Shown: positions 51,901 to 64,000 of the stretch, piece by piece
Position numbering within the stretch: the stretch's first letter is position 1
Layout of the letters: the number at the start of each line of letters is the position of its first letter
Assembly: GCF_009914755.1 (NCBI RefSeq)
Contig: NC_060942.1
Strand: one strand, 5' to 3'
Origin: the human T2T-CHM13v2.0 reference genome, Homo sapiens
DNA length: 64,000 nucleotides
The notes under the pieces: generated by a model
The model's input: only the letters and a program-made list of their open reading frames with translations
What the model was told of the DNA's origin: nothing
Databases searched by the model: none
Program-made: the position numbers and the translations under genes

Positions 51901-54900
51901 GGTTTCAAACCCTCTTTCTGCAGTATCTGGAAGTGGACATTTCGAGCGCTTTCAGGCCTATGGTGAACAAGGAAATATCTTCTCATGCAAACTAGACAGA
52001 AGCATTCGCAGAAACTTGTTTGTGATGTATGTCCTCAACTCACAGAGTTGAACATTTCGTTTGACAGAGCAGTTTGGAAACACGATTCTTGTAGAATCTG
52101 CAAGTGGATATTTGGATGGCTTTGTGGATTTCGTTGGAAACGGGAGTATCTTCATAGACAACCTAGACAGTAACATTCTCAGAAATGGCTTTGTGATATC
52201 CGCATTCACGTCACAGAGTTGAACATTCCCTCTCATAGAGCAGGCTTGAAACACACATTCTGTAGTATCTGGATGTGGGCACTTGGAGTGCTTGGACGCT
52301 TATGGTGAAAAAGGAAATATCGTCCCATAAAAACTAGACAGAAGCATTCTCAGAAACTGCTTTGTGACGTATGTCTTCAACTAACAGAGTGGAACATTTC
52401 TATTCACAGAGCAGTTTTGAAAGACTCTTTTGGAGTATCTGCTAGTGGATATTTGGAGAGCTTTAAGGATTTCATTAGAAACCAGAGTATTTCAGGTAAA
52501 ATCTAGACAGAGGCATTCTCAGAAACTTCTCTGTAATGTGTGTCCTCAACTAACAGTGTACAACCTATCTTTTGATACAGCACGTTGGAAACACTCTTTT
52601 TATAGAATCTGCAAGTGGATAGTTGGATAGCTCCAACGATTTCGTTGGAAACGGGAATACCTTCCTATAAAATCTAGACAGTGGCACTCTCAGAAACTGC
52701 TTTGTGATATCTGCATTCAAGCCACAGAGTTGGACATTTCCCTTCCTAAAGCAGGTTTGAAACACTCTTTTTGTCGTATCTGGAAGTGGACATTTGGAGC
52801 ACTTTGACGCCTTTGGTGAAAAAGGAAATGTCTTCCCATCAAAACTAGACAGAAGCATTCTAAGAAACATTTTTGGGATATATATACTCAACTAACAGAG
52901 TTGAACCTTTCTCTTTATAGATCAGTTTTGGAAAGCTCTTTATGTGGAATCTGCAGATGGATATTCGGGTAGCTCTGAGGATTTCGTTGGAGACGGGAAT
53001 ACATTAAGAAAGTAGACAGCAGCATTCTCAGGAGATTCTTTCTGATGTTTGCTTCTAAGTCACAGAGTTGAATATTCCCTTCAATAGAGCAAGTTTGAAA
53101 CACTCTTTCTGTAGTATCTGGAAGTGGACATTTCGATCGATTTCAGGCCTATGTTGAAAAAGGAAATATCTTAACATAAAAACTAGACAGAAGCATTCTC
53201 AGAAACGTCGTTGTGATGTGTGTCCTCAACTAACAGAGTTCAACCTTTCTTATGATACGGCAGTTTGGAAACACTCTTTTTATAGAATTTGCAAGTTGAT
53301 ACATGGATAGCCCTAACTATTTCGTTGGAAACGGGAATATCTTCATATAAAACCTAGACAGAAGCACTCTCAGAAACTACTTTGTGATATCTGCATTGAT
53401 ATCAGAGAGTTGAATATTCCCTTTCTAAGGGCAGGCTTGAAAGCGTCTTTTCGTGGAATCTGCAGGAGGATATTTGGATAGCTTTGAGGGTTACGTTGGA
53501 AACGGGATTGCATAAACAAAGTAGACAGCAGCATTCTCAGAAGCTTCTTTGTGATGTTTGCGTTTAAGTCACAGAGTTGAACGTTCCCTTTCATAGAGCA
53601 GGTTTCAAACCCTCTTTCTGCAGTATCTGGAAGTGGACATTTCGAGCGCTTTCAGGCCTTTGGTGAACAAGGAAATATCTTCCCAAGCAAACTAGACAGA
53701 AGCATTCGCAGAAACTTGTTTGTGATGTGTGTCCTCAACTCACAGAGTTGAACATTTCGTTTGACAGAGCAGTTTGGAAACACGATTTTTGTAGAATCTG
53801 CAAGTGGATATTTGGATGGCTTTGTGGATTTCGTTGGAAACGGGAGTATCTTCATAGACAACCTAGACAGTAACATTCTCAGAAACTGCTTTGTGATATC
53901 TGCATTCACGTCACAGAGTTGAACATTCCCTTTCATAGAGCAGGTTTGAAACACACTTTCTGTAGTATCTGGATGTGGGCACTTGGAGCGCTTGGACGCT
54001 TATGGTGAAAAAGGACATATCATCCCATAAAAACTGGACAGAAGCATTCTCACAAACTGCTTTGTGACGTATGTCTTCAACTAACAGAGTAGAACATTTC
54101 TATTCACAGAGCAGTTTTGAAAGACTCTTTTGGAGTATCTGCTAGTGGATATTTGGAGAGCTTTAAGGATTTCATTAGAAACCAGAGTATTTCAGGTAAA
54201 ATCTAGACAGAGGCATTCTCAGAAACTTCTCTGTAATGTGTGTCCTCAACTAACAGTGTACAACCTATCTTTTGATACAGCACGTTGGAAACACTCTTTT
54301 TATAGAATCTGCAAGTGGATAGTTGGATAGCTCCAACGATTTCGTTGGAAACGGGAATACCTTCCTATAAAATCTAGACAGTGGCACTCTCAGAAACTGC
54401 TTTGTGATATCTGCATTCAAGCCACAGAGTTGAACATTTCCCTTCCTAAAGCAGGTTTGAAACACTCTTTTTGTCGTATCTGGAAGTGGACATTTGGAGC
54501 ACTTTGACGCCTTTGGTGAAAAAGGAAATGTCTTCCCATCAAAACTAGACAGAAGCATTCTAAGAAACATTTTTGGGATATATGTACTCAACTAACAGAG
54601 TTGAACCTTTCTCTTTATAGATCAGTTTTGGAAAGCTCTTTATGTGGAATCTGCAGATGGATATTCGGATAGCTCTGAGGATTTCGTTGGAGACGGGAAT
54701 ACATTAAGAAAGTAGACAGCAGCATTCTCAGGAGATTCTTTCTGATGTTTGCTTCTAAGTCACAGAGTTGAATATTCCCTTCAATAGAGCAAGTATGAAA
54801 CACTCTTTCTGTAGTATCTGGAAGTGGACATTTCGATCGATTTCAGGCCTATGTTGAAAAAGGAAATATCTTAACATAAAAACTAGACAGAAGCATTCTC

Positions 54901-57900
54901 AGAAACGTCGTTGTGATGTGTGTCCTCAACTAACAGAGTTCAACCTTTCTTATGATACGGCAGTTTGGAAACACTCTTTTTATAGAATTTGCAAGTTGAT
55001 ACATGGATAGCCCTAACTATTTCGTTGGAAACGGGAATATCTTCATATAAAACCTAGACAGAAGCACTCTCAGAAACTACTTTGTGATATCTGCATTGAT
55101 ATCAGAGAGTTGAATATTCCCTTTCTAAGGGCAGGCTTGAAAGCGTCTTTTCGTGGAATCTGCAGGAGGATATTTGGATAGCTTTGAGGGTTACGTTGGA
55201 AACGGGATTGCATATACAAAGTAGACAGCAGCATTCTCAGAAGCTTCTTTGTGATGTTTGCGTTTAAGTCACAGAGTTGAACGTTCCCTTTCATAGAGCA
55301 GGTTTCAAACCCTCTTTCTGCAGTATCTGGAAGTGGACATTTCGAGCGCTTTCAGGCCTATGGTGAACAAGGAAATATCTTCCCAAGCAAACTAGACAGA
55401 AGCATTCGCAGAAACTTGTTTGTGATGTGTGTCCTCAACTCACAGAGTTGAACATTTCGTTTGACAGAGCAGTTTGGAAACACGATTTTTGTAGAATCTG
55501 CAAGTGGATATTTGGATGGCTTTGTGGATTTCGTTGGAAACGGGAGTATCTTCATAGACAACCTAGACAGTAACATTCTCAGAAACTGCTTTGTGATATC
55601 TGCATTCACGTCACAGAGTTGAACATTCCCTTTCATAGAGCAGGTTTGAAACACACTTTCTGTAGTATCTGGATGTGGGCACTTGGAGCGCTTGGACGCT
55701 TATGGTGAAAAAGGACATATCGTCCCATAAAAACTGGACAGAAGCATTCTCACAAACTGCTTTGTGACGTATGTCTTCAACTAACAGAGTTGAACATTTC
55801 TGTTCACAGAGCAGTTTTGAAAGACTCTTTTGGAGTATCTGCTAGTGGATATTTGGAGAGCTTTAAGGATTTCATTGGAAACCGGAATATCTACAGGTAA
55901 AATCTAGACAGAGGCATTCTCAGAAACTTCTTTGTAATGTGTGTCCTCAACTAACAGTGTACAACCTATCTTTTGATACAGCACGTTGGAAACACTCTTT
56001 TTATAGAATCTGCAAGTGGATAGTTGGATAGCTCCAACGATTTCGTTGGAAACGGGAAGACCTTCATATAAAATCTAGACAGTGGCACTCTCAGAAACTG
56101 CTTTGTGATATCTGCATTCAAGCCACAGAGTTGAACATTTCCCTTCTTAAAGCAGGTTTGAAAAACTCTTTTTGTCGTATCTGGAAGTGGACATTTGGAG
56201 CACTTTGACGCCTTTGGTGAAAAAGGAAATGTCTTCCCATCAAAACTAGACAGAAGCATTCTAAGAAACATTTTTGGGATATAGGTACTCAACTAACAGA
56301 GTTGAACCTTTCTCTTTATAGATCAGTTTTGGAAAGCTCTTTATGTGGAATCTGCAGATGGATATTCGGATAGCTCTGAGGATTTCGTTGGAGACGGGAA
56401 TACATAAAGAAAGTAGACAGCAGCATTCTCAGGAGATTCTTTGTGATGTTTGCTTTTAAGTCACAGAGTTGAATATTCCCTTCAATAGAGCAGGTTTGAA
56501 ACACTCTTTCTGTAGTATCTGGAAGTGGACATTTCGATCGATTACAGGCCTATGTTGAAAAAGGAAATATCTTAACATAAAAACTAGACAGAAGCATTCT
56601 CAGAAACGTCGTTGTGATGTGTGTCCTCAACTAACAGAGTTCAACCTTTCTTATGATACGGCAGTTGGGAAACACTCTTTTTATAGAATTTGCAAGTTGA
56701 TACATGGATAGCCCTAACTATTTCGTTGGAAACGGGAATATCTTCATATAAAACCTAGACAGAAGCACTCTCAGAAACTACTTTGTGATATCTGCATTGA
56801 TATCAGAGAGTTGAATATTCCCTTTCTAAGGGCAGGCTTGAAAGCGTCTTTTCGTGGAATCTGCAGGAGGATATTTGGATAGCTTTGAGGGTTACGTTGG
56901 AAACGGGATTACATATACAAAGTAGACAGCAGCATTCTCAGAAGCTTCTTTGTGATGTTTCCGTTTAAGTCACAGAGTTGAACGTTCCCTTTCATAGAGC
57001 AGGTTTCAAACCCTCTTTCTGCAGTATATGGAAGTGGACATTTCGAGCACTTTCAGGCCTATGGTGAACAAGGAAATATCTTCCCAAGCAAACTAGACAG
57101 AAGCATTCGCAGAAACTTGTTTGTGATGTGTGTCCTCAACTCACAGAGTTGAACATTTCGTTTGACAGAGCAGTTTGGAAACACGATTTTTGTAGAATCT
57201 GCAAGTGGATATTTGGATGGCTTTGTGGATTTCGTTGGAAACGGGAGTATCTTCATAGACAACCTAGACAGTAACATTCTCAGAAACTGCTTTGTGATAT
57301 CTGCATTCACGTCACAGAGTTGAACATTCCCTTTCATAGGGCAGGTTTGAAACACACTTTCTGTAGTATCTGGATGTGGGCATTGGAGCGCTTGGACGCT
57401 TATGGTGAAAAAGGACAGATCGTCCCATAAAATCTGGACAGAATCATTCTCACAAACTGCTTTGTGACATATGTCTTCAAATAACAGAGTTGAACATTTC
57501 TATTCACAGAGCAGTTTTGAAGGACTCTTTTGGAGTATCTGCTAGTGGATATTTGGAGAGCTTTAAGGATTTCATTGGAAACCGGAATATCTTCAGGTAA
57601 AATCTAGACAGAGGCATTCTCTGAAACTTCTTCGTAATGAGTGTCCTCAACTAACAGTGTACAACCTATCTTTTGATACAGCACGTTGGAAACACTCTTT
57701 TTATAGAATCTGCAAGTGGATAGTTGGATAGCTCTAACGATTTCGTTGGAAACGGGAATATCTTCATATAAAACCTAGACAGAAGCACTCTCAGAAACTA
57801 CTTTGTGATATCTGCATTGATATCAGAGAGTTGAATATTCCCTTTCTAAGGGCAGGCTTGAAAGCGTCTTTTCGTGGAATCTGCAGGAGGATATTTGGAT

Positions 57901-60900
57901 AGCTTTGAGGGTTACGTTGGAAACGGGATTACATATACAAAGTAGACAGCAGCATTCTCAGAAGCTTCTTTGTGATGTTTCCGTTTAAGTCACAGAGTTG
58001 AACGTTCCCTTTCATAGAGCAGGTTTCAAACCCTCTTTCTGCAGTATATGGAAGTGGACATTTCGAGCACTTTCAGGCCTATGGTGAACAAGGAAATATC
58101 TTCCCAAGCAAACTAGACAGAAGCATTCGCAGAAACTTGTTTGTGATGTGTGTCCTCAACTCACAGAGTTGAACATTTCGTTTGACAGAGCAGTTTGGAA
58201 ACACGATTTTTGTAGAATCTGCAAGTGGATATTTGGATGGCTTTGTGGATTTCGTTGGAAACGGGAGTATCTTCATAGACAACCTAGACAGTAACATTCT
58301 CAGAAACTGCTTTGTGATATCTGCATTCACGTCACAGAGTTGAACATTCCCTTTCATAGAGCAGGTTTGAAACACACTTTCTGTAGTATCTGGATGTGGG
58401 CACTTGGAGCGCTTGGACGCTTATGGTGAAAAAGGACAGATCGTCCCATAAAATCTGGACAGAATCATTCTCACAAACTGCTTTGTGACGTATGTCTTCA
58501 ACTAACAGAGTTGAACATTTCTATTCACAGAGCAGTTTTGAAGGACTCTTTTGGAGTATCTGCTAGTGGATATTTGGAGAGCTTTAAGGATTTCATTGGA
58601 AACCGGAATATCTTCAGGTAAAATCTAGACAGAGGCATTCTCAGAAACTTCTTCGTAATGAGTGTCCTCAACTAACAGTGTACAACCTATCTTTTGATAC
58701 AGCACGTTGGAAACACTCTTTTTATAGAATCTGCAAGTGGATAGTTGGATAGCTCTAACGATTTCGTTGGAAACGGGAATACCTTCATATAAAATCTAGA
58801 CAGTGGCACTCTCAGAAACTGCTTTGTGATATCTGCATTCAAGCCACAGAGTTGAACATTTCCCTTCCTAAAGCAGGTTTGAAACACTCTTTTTGTCGTA
58901 TCTGGAAGTGGACATTTGGAGCACTTTGACGCCTTTGGTGAAAAAGGAAATGTCTTCCCATGAAAACTAGACAGAAGCATTCTAAGAAACATTTTTGGGA
59001 TATATGTACACAACTAACAGAGTTGAACCTTTCTCTTTATAGACCAGTTTTGGAAAGCTCTTTATGTGGAATCTGCAGATGGATATTCGGATAGCTCTGA
59101 GGATTTCGTTGGAGACGGGAATACATAAAGAATGTAGACAGCAGCATTCTCAGGAGATGCTTTGTGATGTTTGCTTTTAAGTCACAGAGTTGAATATTCC
59201 CTTCAATAGAGCAGGTTTGAAACACTCTTTCTGTAGTATCTGGAAGTGGACATTTCGATCGATTACAGGCCTATGTTGAGAAAGGAAATATCTTAACATA
59301 AAAACTAGACAGAAGCATTCTCAGAAACGTCGTTGTGATGTGTGTCCTCAAATAACAGAGTTCAACCTTTCTTATGATACAGCAGTTTGGAAACACTCTT
59401 TTTATAGAATTTGCAAGTTGATACATGGATAGCCCTAACTATTTCGTTGGAAACGGGAATATCTTCATATAAAAGGTAGACAGAAGCACTCTCAGAAACT
59501 ACTTTGTGATATCTGCATTGATAACAGAGAGTTGAATATTCCCTTTCTAAGGGCAGGCTTGAAAGCGTCTTTTCGTGGAATCTGCAGGAGGATATTTGGA
59601 TAGCTTTGAGGGTTACGTTGGAAACGGGATTACATATACAAAGTAGACAGCAGCATTCTCAGAAGCTTCTTTGTGATGTTTGCGTTTAAGTCACAGAGTT
59701 GAACGTTCCCTTTCATAGAGCAGGTTTCAAACCCTCTTTCTGCAGTATCTGGAAGTGGACATTTCGAGCGCTTTCAGGCCTATGGTGAACAAGGAAATAT
59801 CTTCCCAAGCAAACTAGACAGAAGCATTCGCAGAAACTTGTTTGTGATGTGTGTCCTCAACTCACAGAGTTGAACATTTCGTTTGACAGAGCAGTTTGGA
59901 AACACGATTTTTGTAGAATCTGCAAGTGGATATTTGGATGGCTTTGTGGATTTCGTTGGAAACGGGAGTATCTTCATAGACAACCTAGACAGTAACATTC
60001 TCAGAAACTGCTTTGTGATATCTGCATTCACGACACAGAGTTGAACATTCCCTTTCATAGAGCAGGTTTGAAACACACTTTCTGTAGTATCTGGATGTGG
60101 GCACTTGGAGCGCTTGGACGCTTATGGTGAAAAAGGACATATCGTCCCATAAAATCTGGACAGAATCATTCTCACAAACTGCTTTGTGACGTATGTCTTC
60201 AACTAACAGAGTTGAACATTTCTATTCACAGAGCACTTTTGAAGGACTCTTTTGGAGTATCTGCTAGTGGATATTTGGAGAGCTTTAAGGATTTCATTGG
60301 AAACCGGAATATTTTCAGGTAAAATCTAGACAGAGGCATTCTCAGAAACTTCTTCGTAATGAGTGTCCTCAACTAACAGTGTACAACCTATCTTTTGATA
60401 CAGCACGTTGGAAACACTCTTTTTATAGAATCTGCAAGTGGATAGTTGGATAGCTCTAACGATTTCATTGGAAACGGGAATACCTTCATATAAAATCTAG
60501 ACAGTGGCACTCTCAGAAACTGCTTTGTGATATCTGCATTCAAGCCACAGAGTTGAATATTTCCCTTCCTAAAGCAGGTTTGAAACACTCTTTTTGTCGT
60601 ATCTGGAAGTGGACATTTGGAGCACTTTGACGCCTTTGGTGAAAAAGGAAATGTCTTCCCATGAAAACTAGACAGAAGCATTCTAAGAAACATTTTTGGG
60701 ATATATGTACACAACTAACAGAGTTGAACCTTTCTCTTTATAGAACAGTTTTGGAAAGCTCTTTATGTGGAATCTGCAGATGGATATTCGGATAGCTCTG
60801 AGGATTTCGTTGGAGACGGGAATACATAAAGAAAGTAGACAGCAGCATTCTCAGGAGATTCTTTGTGATGTTTGCTTTTAAGTCACAGGGTTGAATATTC

Positions 60901-63900
60901 CCTTCAATAGAGCAGGTTTGAAACACTCTTTCTGTAGTATCTGGAAGTGGACATTTCGATCGATTACAGGCCTATGTTGAAAAAGGAAATATCTTAACAT
61001 AAAAACTAGACAGAAGCATTCTCAGAAACGTCGTTGTGATGTGTGTCCTCAACTAACAGAGTTCAACCTTTCTTATGATACAGCAGTTTGGAAACACTCT
61101 TTTTATAGAATTTGCAAGTTGATACATGGATAGCCCTAACTATTTCGTTGGAAACGGGAATATCTTCATATAAAACCTAGACAGAAGCACTCTCAGAAAC
61201 TACTTTGTGATATCTGCATTGATATCAGAGAGTTGAATATTCCCTTTCTAAGGGCAGGCTTGAAAGCGTCTTTTCGTGGAATCTGCAGGAGGATATTTGG
61301 ATAGCTTTGAGGGTTACGTTGGAAACGGGATTACATATACAAAGTAGACAGCAGCATTCTCAGAAGCTTCTTTGTGATGTTTCCGTTTAAGTCACAGAGT
61401 TGAACGTTCCCTTTCATAGAGCAGGTTTCAAACCCTCTTTCTGCAGTATCTGGAAGTGGACATTTCGAGCACTTTCAGGCCTATGGTGAACAAGGAAATA
61501 TCTTCCCAAGCAAACTAGACAGAAGCATTCGCAGAAACTTGTTTGTGATGTGTGTCCTCAACTCACAGAGTTGAACATTTCGTTTGACAGAGCAGTTTGG
61601 AAACACGATTTTTGTATAATCTGCAAGTGGATATTTGGATGGCTTTGTGGATTTCGTTGGAAACGGGAGTATCTTCATAGACAACCTAGACAGTAACATT
61701 CTCAGAAACTGCTTTGTGATATCTGCATTCACGTCACAGAGTTGAACATTCCCTTTCATAGAGCAGGTTTGAACCACACTTTCTGTAGTATCTGGATGTG
61801 GGCACTTGGAGCGCTTGGACGCTTATGGTGAAAAAGGACATATCGTCCCATAAAATCTGGACAGAATCATTCTCACAAACTGCTTTGTGACGTATGTCTT
61901 CAACTAACAGAGTTGAACATTTCTATTCACAGAGCAGTTTCGAAGGAGTCTTTTGGAGTATCTGCTAGTGGATATTTGGAGAGCTTTAAGGATTTCATTG
62001 GAAACCGGAATATCTTCAGGTAAAATCTAGACAGAGGCATTCTCAGAAACTTCTTCTTAATGTGTGTCCTCAACTAAGAGTGTGCAACCTATGTTTTGAT
62101 ACAGCACGTTGGAAACACTCTTTTTATAGAATCTGCAAGTGGATAGTTGGATAGCTCTAACGATTTCGTTGGAAACGGGAATACCTTCATATAAAATCTA
62201 GACAGTGGCACTCTCAGAAACTGCTTTGTGATATCTGCATTCAAGCCACAGAGTTGAACATTTCCCTTCCTAAAGCAGGTTTGAAACACTCTTTTTGTCG
62301 TATCTGGAAGTGGACATTTGGAGCAGTTTGACGCCTTTGGTGAAAAAGGAAATGTCTTCCCATCAAAACTTGACAGAAGCATTCTAAGAAACATTTTTGG
62401 GATATATGTACTCAACTAACAGAGTTGAACCTTTCTCTTTATAGATCAGTTTTGGAAAGCTCTTTATGCGGAATCTGCAGATGGATATTCGGATAGCTCT
62501 GAGGATTTCGTTGGAGACGGGAATACATAAAGAAAGTAGACAGCAGCATTCTCAGGAGATTCTTTGTGATGTTTACTTTTAAGTCACACAGTTGAATATT
62601 CCCTTCAATAGAGCAGGTTTGAAACACTCTTTCTGTAGTATCTGGAAGTGGACATTTCGATCGATTACAGGCCTATGTTGAAAAAGGAAATATTTTAACA
62701 TAAAAACTAGACAGAAGCATTCTCACAAACGTCGTTGTGATGTGTGTCCTCAACTAACAGGGTTCAACCTTTCTTATGATACAGCAGTTTGGAAACACTC
62801 TTTTTATAGAATTTGCAAGTTGATACATGGATAGCCCTAACTATTTCGTTGGAAACGGGAATATCTTCATATAAAATGTAGACAGAAGCACTCTCAGAAA
62901 CTCCTTGTGATATCTGCATTGATATCAGAGAGTTGAATATTCCCTTTTTAAGGGCAGGCTTGAAAGCGTCTTTTCGTGGAATCTGCAGGAGGATATTTGG
63001 ATAGCTTTGAGGGTTACGCTGGAAACGGGATTACATATACAAAGTAGACAGCAGCATTCTCAGAAGCTTCTTTGTGATGTTTGCGTTTAAGTCACAGAGT
63101 TGAACGTTCCCTTTCATAGGACAGGTTTCAAACCCTCTTTCTGCAGTATCTGGAAGTGGACATTTCGAGCGCTTTCATGCCTATGGTGAACAAGGAAATA
63201 TCTTCCCAAGCAAACAAGACAGAAGCATTTGCAGAAACTTGTTTGTGATGTGTGTCCTCAACTCACAGAGTTGAGCATTTCGTTTGACAGAGCAGTTTGG
63301 AAACACGATTTTTGTAGGATCTGCAAGTGGATATTTGGATGGCTTTGTGGATTTCGTTGGAAACGGGAGTATCTTCATAGACAACCTAGACAGTAACATT
63401 CTCAGAAACTGCTTTGTGATATCTGCATTCACGTCACAGAGTTGAACATTCCCTTTCATAGAGCAGGTTTGAAACACACTTTCTGTAGTATCTGGATGTG
63501 GGCACTTGGAGCGCTTGGACGCTTATGGTGAAAAAGGACAGATCGTCCCATAAAAACTGGACAGAAGCATTCTCACAAACTGCTTTGTGACGTATGTCTT
63601 CAACTAACAGAGTTGAACATTTCTATTCACAGAGCAGTTTTGAAAGACTCTTTTGGAGTATCTGCTAGTGGATATTTGGAGAGCTTTAAGGATTTCATTG
63701 GAAACCGGAATATCTTCAGGTAAAATCTAGACAGAGGCATTCTCAGAAACTTCTTTGTAATGTGTGTCCTCAACTAACAGTGTACAACCTATCTTTTGAT
63801 ACAGCACGTTGGAAACACTCTTTTTATAGAATCTGCAAGTGGATAGTTGGATAGCTCTAACGATTTCATTGGAAACGGGAATACCTTCATATAAAATCTA

Positions 63901-64000
63901 GACAGTGGCACTCTCAGAAACTGCTTTGTGATATCTGCATTCAAGCCACAGAGTTGAATATTTCCCTTCCTAAAGCAGGTTTGAAACACTCTTTTTGTCG
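48950..64000 (+). repeat. HOR haplotype block 3 (interrupted by a block-2 segment at ~50770-52350)
   Basis: Shared markers: ATTCTCAGGAG (B), AAACGTCGTTG (C), CTTTGTGATGTTT and CCCAAGCAAA (E), AAACTGCTTTGTGATATCTGC and AAAGGACA..CTGGACAG (G). Confidence 0.85.
56740..57760 (+). repeat. 6-monomer HOR structural variant (D-E-F-G-H-I/C hybrid, 1020 bp)
   Basis: The period drops to 1020 bp (ORFs 57059 and 58079). Monomer I switches to the monomer-C 3' end at 57740-57760, skipping J, A and B. Confidence 0.95.

Larger units (their letters stand above)
1..64000 (+). repeat. Centromeric alpha satellite HOR array: 1701-bp 10-mer, ~37 copies plus one 6-mer, head-to-tail
   Basis: ~171-bp periodicity of CATTCTCAGAAAC...CACAGAGTTGAAC...GGAAGTGGA...CTAGACAGAAG, the classic alphoid consensus. 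CENP-B boxes are present. Near-identical sequence recurs every 1700-1701 bp (ORF track 937, 2638, 4339, 6039, 7740...). Confidence 0.99.

Noticed and set aside
124-63989. Many 60-122 aa ORFs repeating every 1.7 kb on both strands
   Set aside because: They are chance open frames in alpha satellite: they overlap on both strands, are freely broken by stops and frameshifts between copies, and show no recognisable domain or gene context.
1-64000. CRISPR-like regular repeats or a prokaryotic defence system
   Set aside because: There are no unique spacers and no cas-like ORFs; the entire 171-bp unit is repeated and matches primate alphoid DNA.
1-64000. L1/Alu insertion, inversion or non-alphoid island
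   Set aside because: The ORF track and a read-through show unbroken 1700-1701-bp phase (apart from the 1020-bp unit) and constant orientation; I saw no poly-A tails or target-site duplications.
1-64000. Inference that this is the active kinetochore (CENP-A/CDR) site
   Set aside because: This cannot be read from sequence; it requires methylation or CENP-A data. Intact CENP-B boxes also occur in inactive HOR arrays.

Overview
The whole 64-kb window is one uninterrupted, single-orientation array of primate (very probably human) centromeric alpha satellite. About 376 monomers of ~167-171 bp are organised as a 1701-bp 10-monomer higher-order repeat (HOR), ~37 copies plus one 6-monomer variant. 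I label the monomers A-J from position ~135. Sequence signatures point to suprachromosomal family 2 (D1/D2 monomers); a D18Z2-like 1.7-kb 10-mer is a plausible but unverified identity. I see no genes, RNA genes, CRISPR arrays, transposon insertions or inversions, and all ORFs are artefacts of the repeat. I found no new gene-encoded system; the interest is in repeat architecture. (i) Four intact CENP-B boxes per HOR are never in adjacent monomers, and in the one HOR where the dead monomer-D box is restored the neighbouring monomer-C box is broken. (ii) The junction of the 6-mer variant maps onto the CENP-B box. (iii) There are three HOR haplotype blocks, and the middle one differs almost only by A/T->G/C changes. 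(iv) 2-HOR (3401-bp) duplication units recur, including a 3x super-HOR and a duplicated block junction. All variant calls and counts were made by eye.
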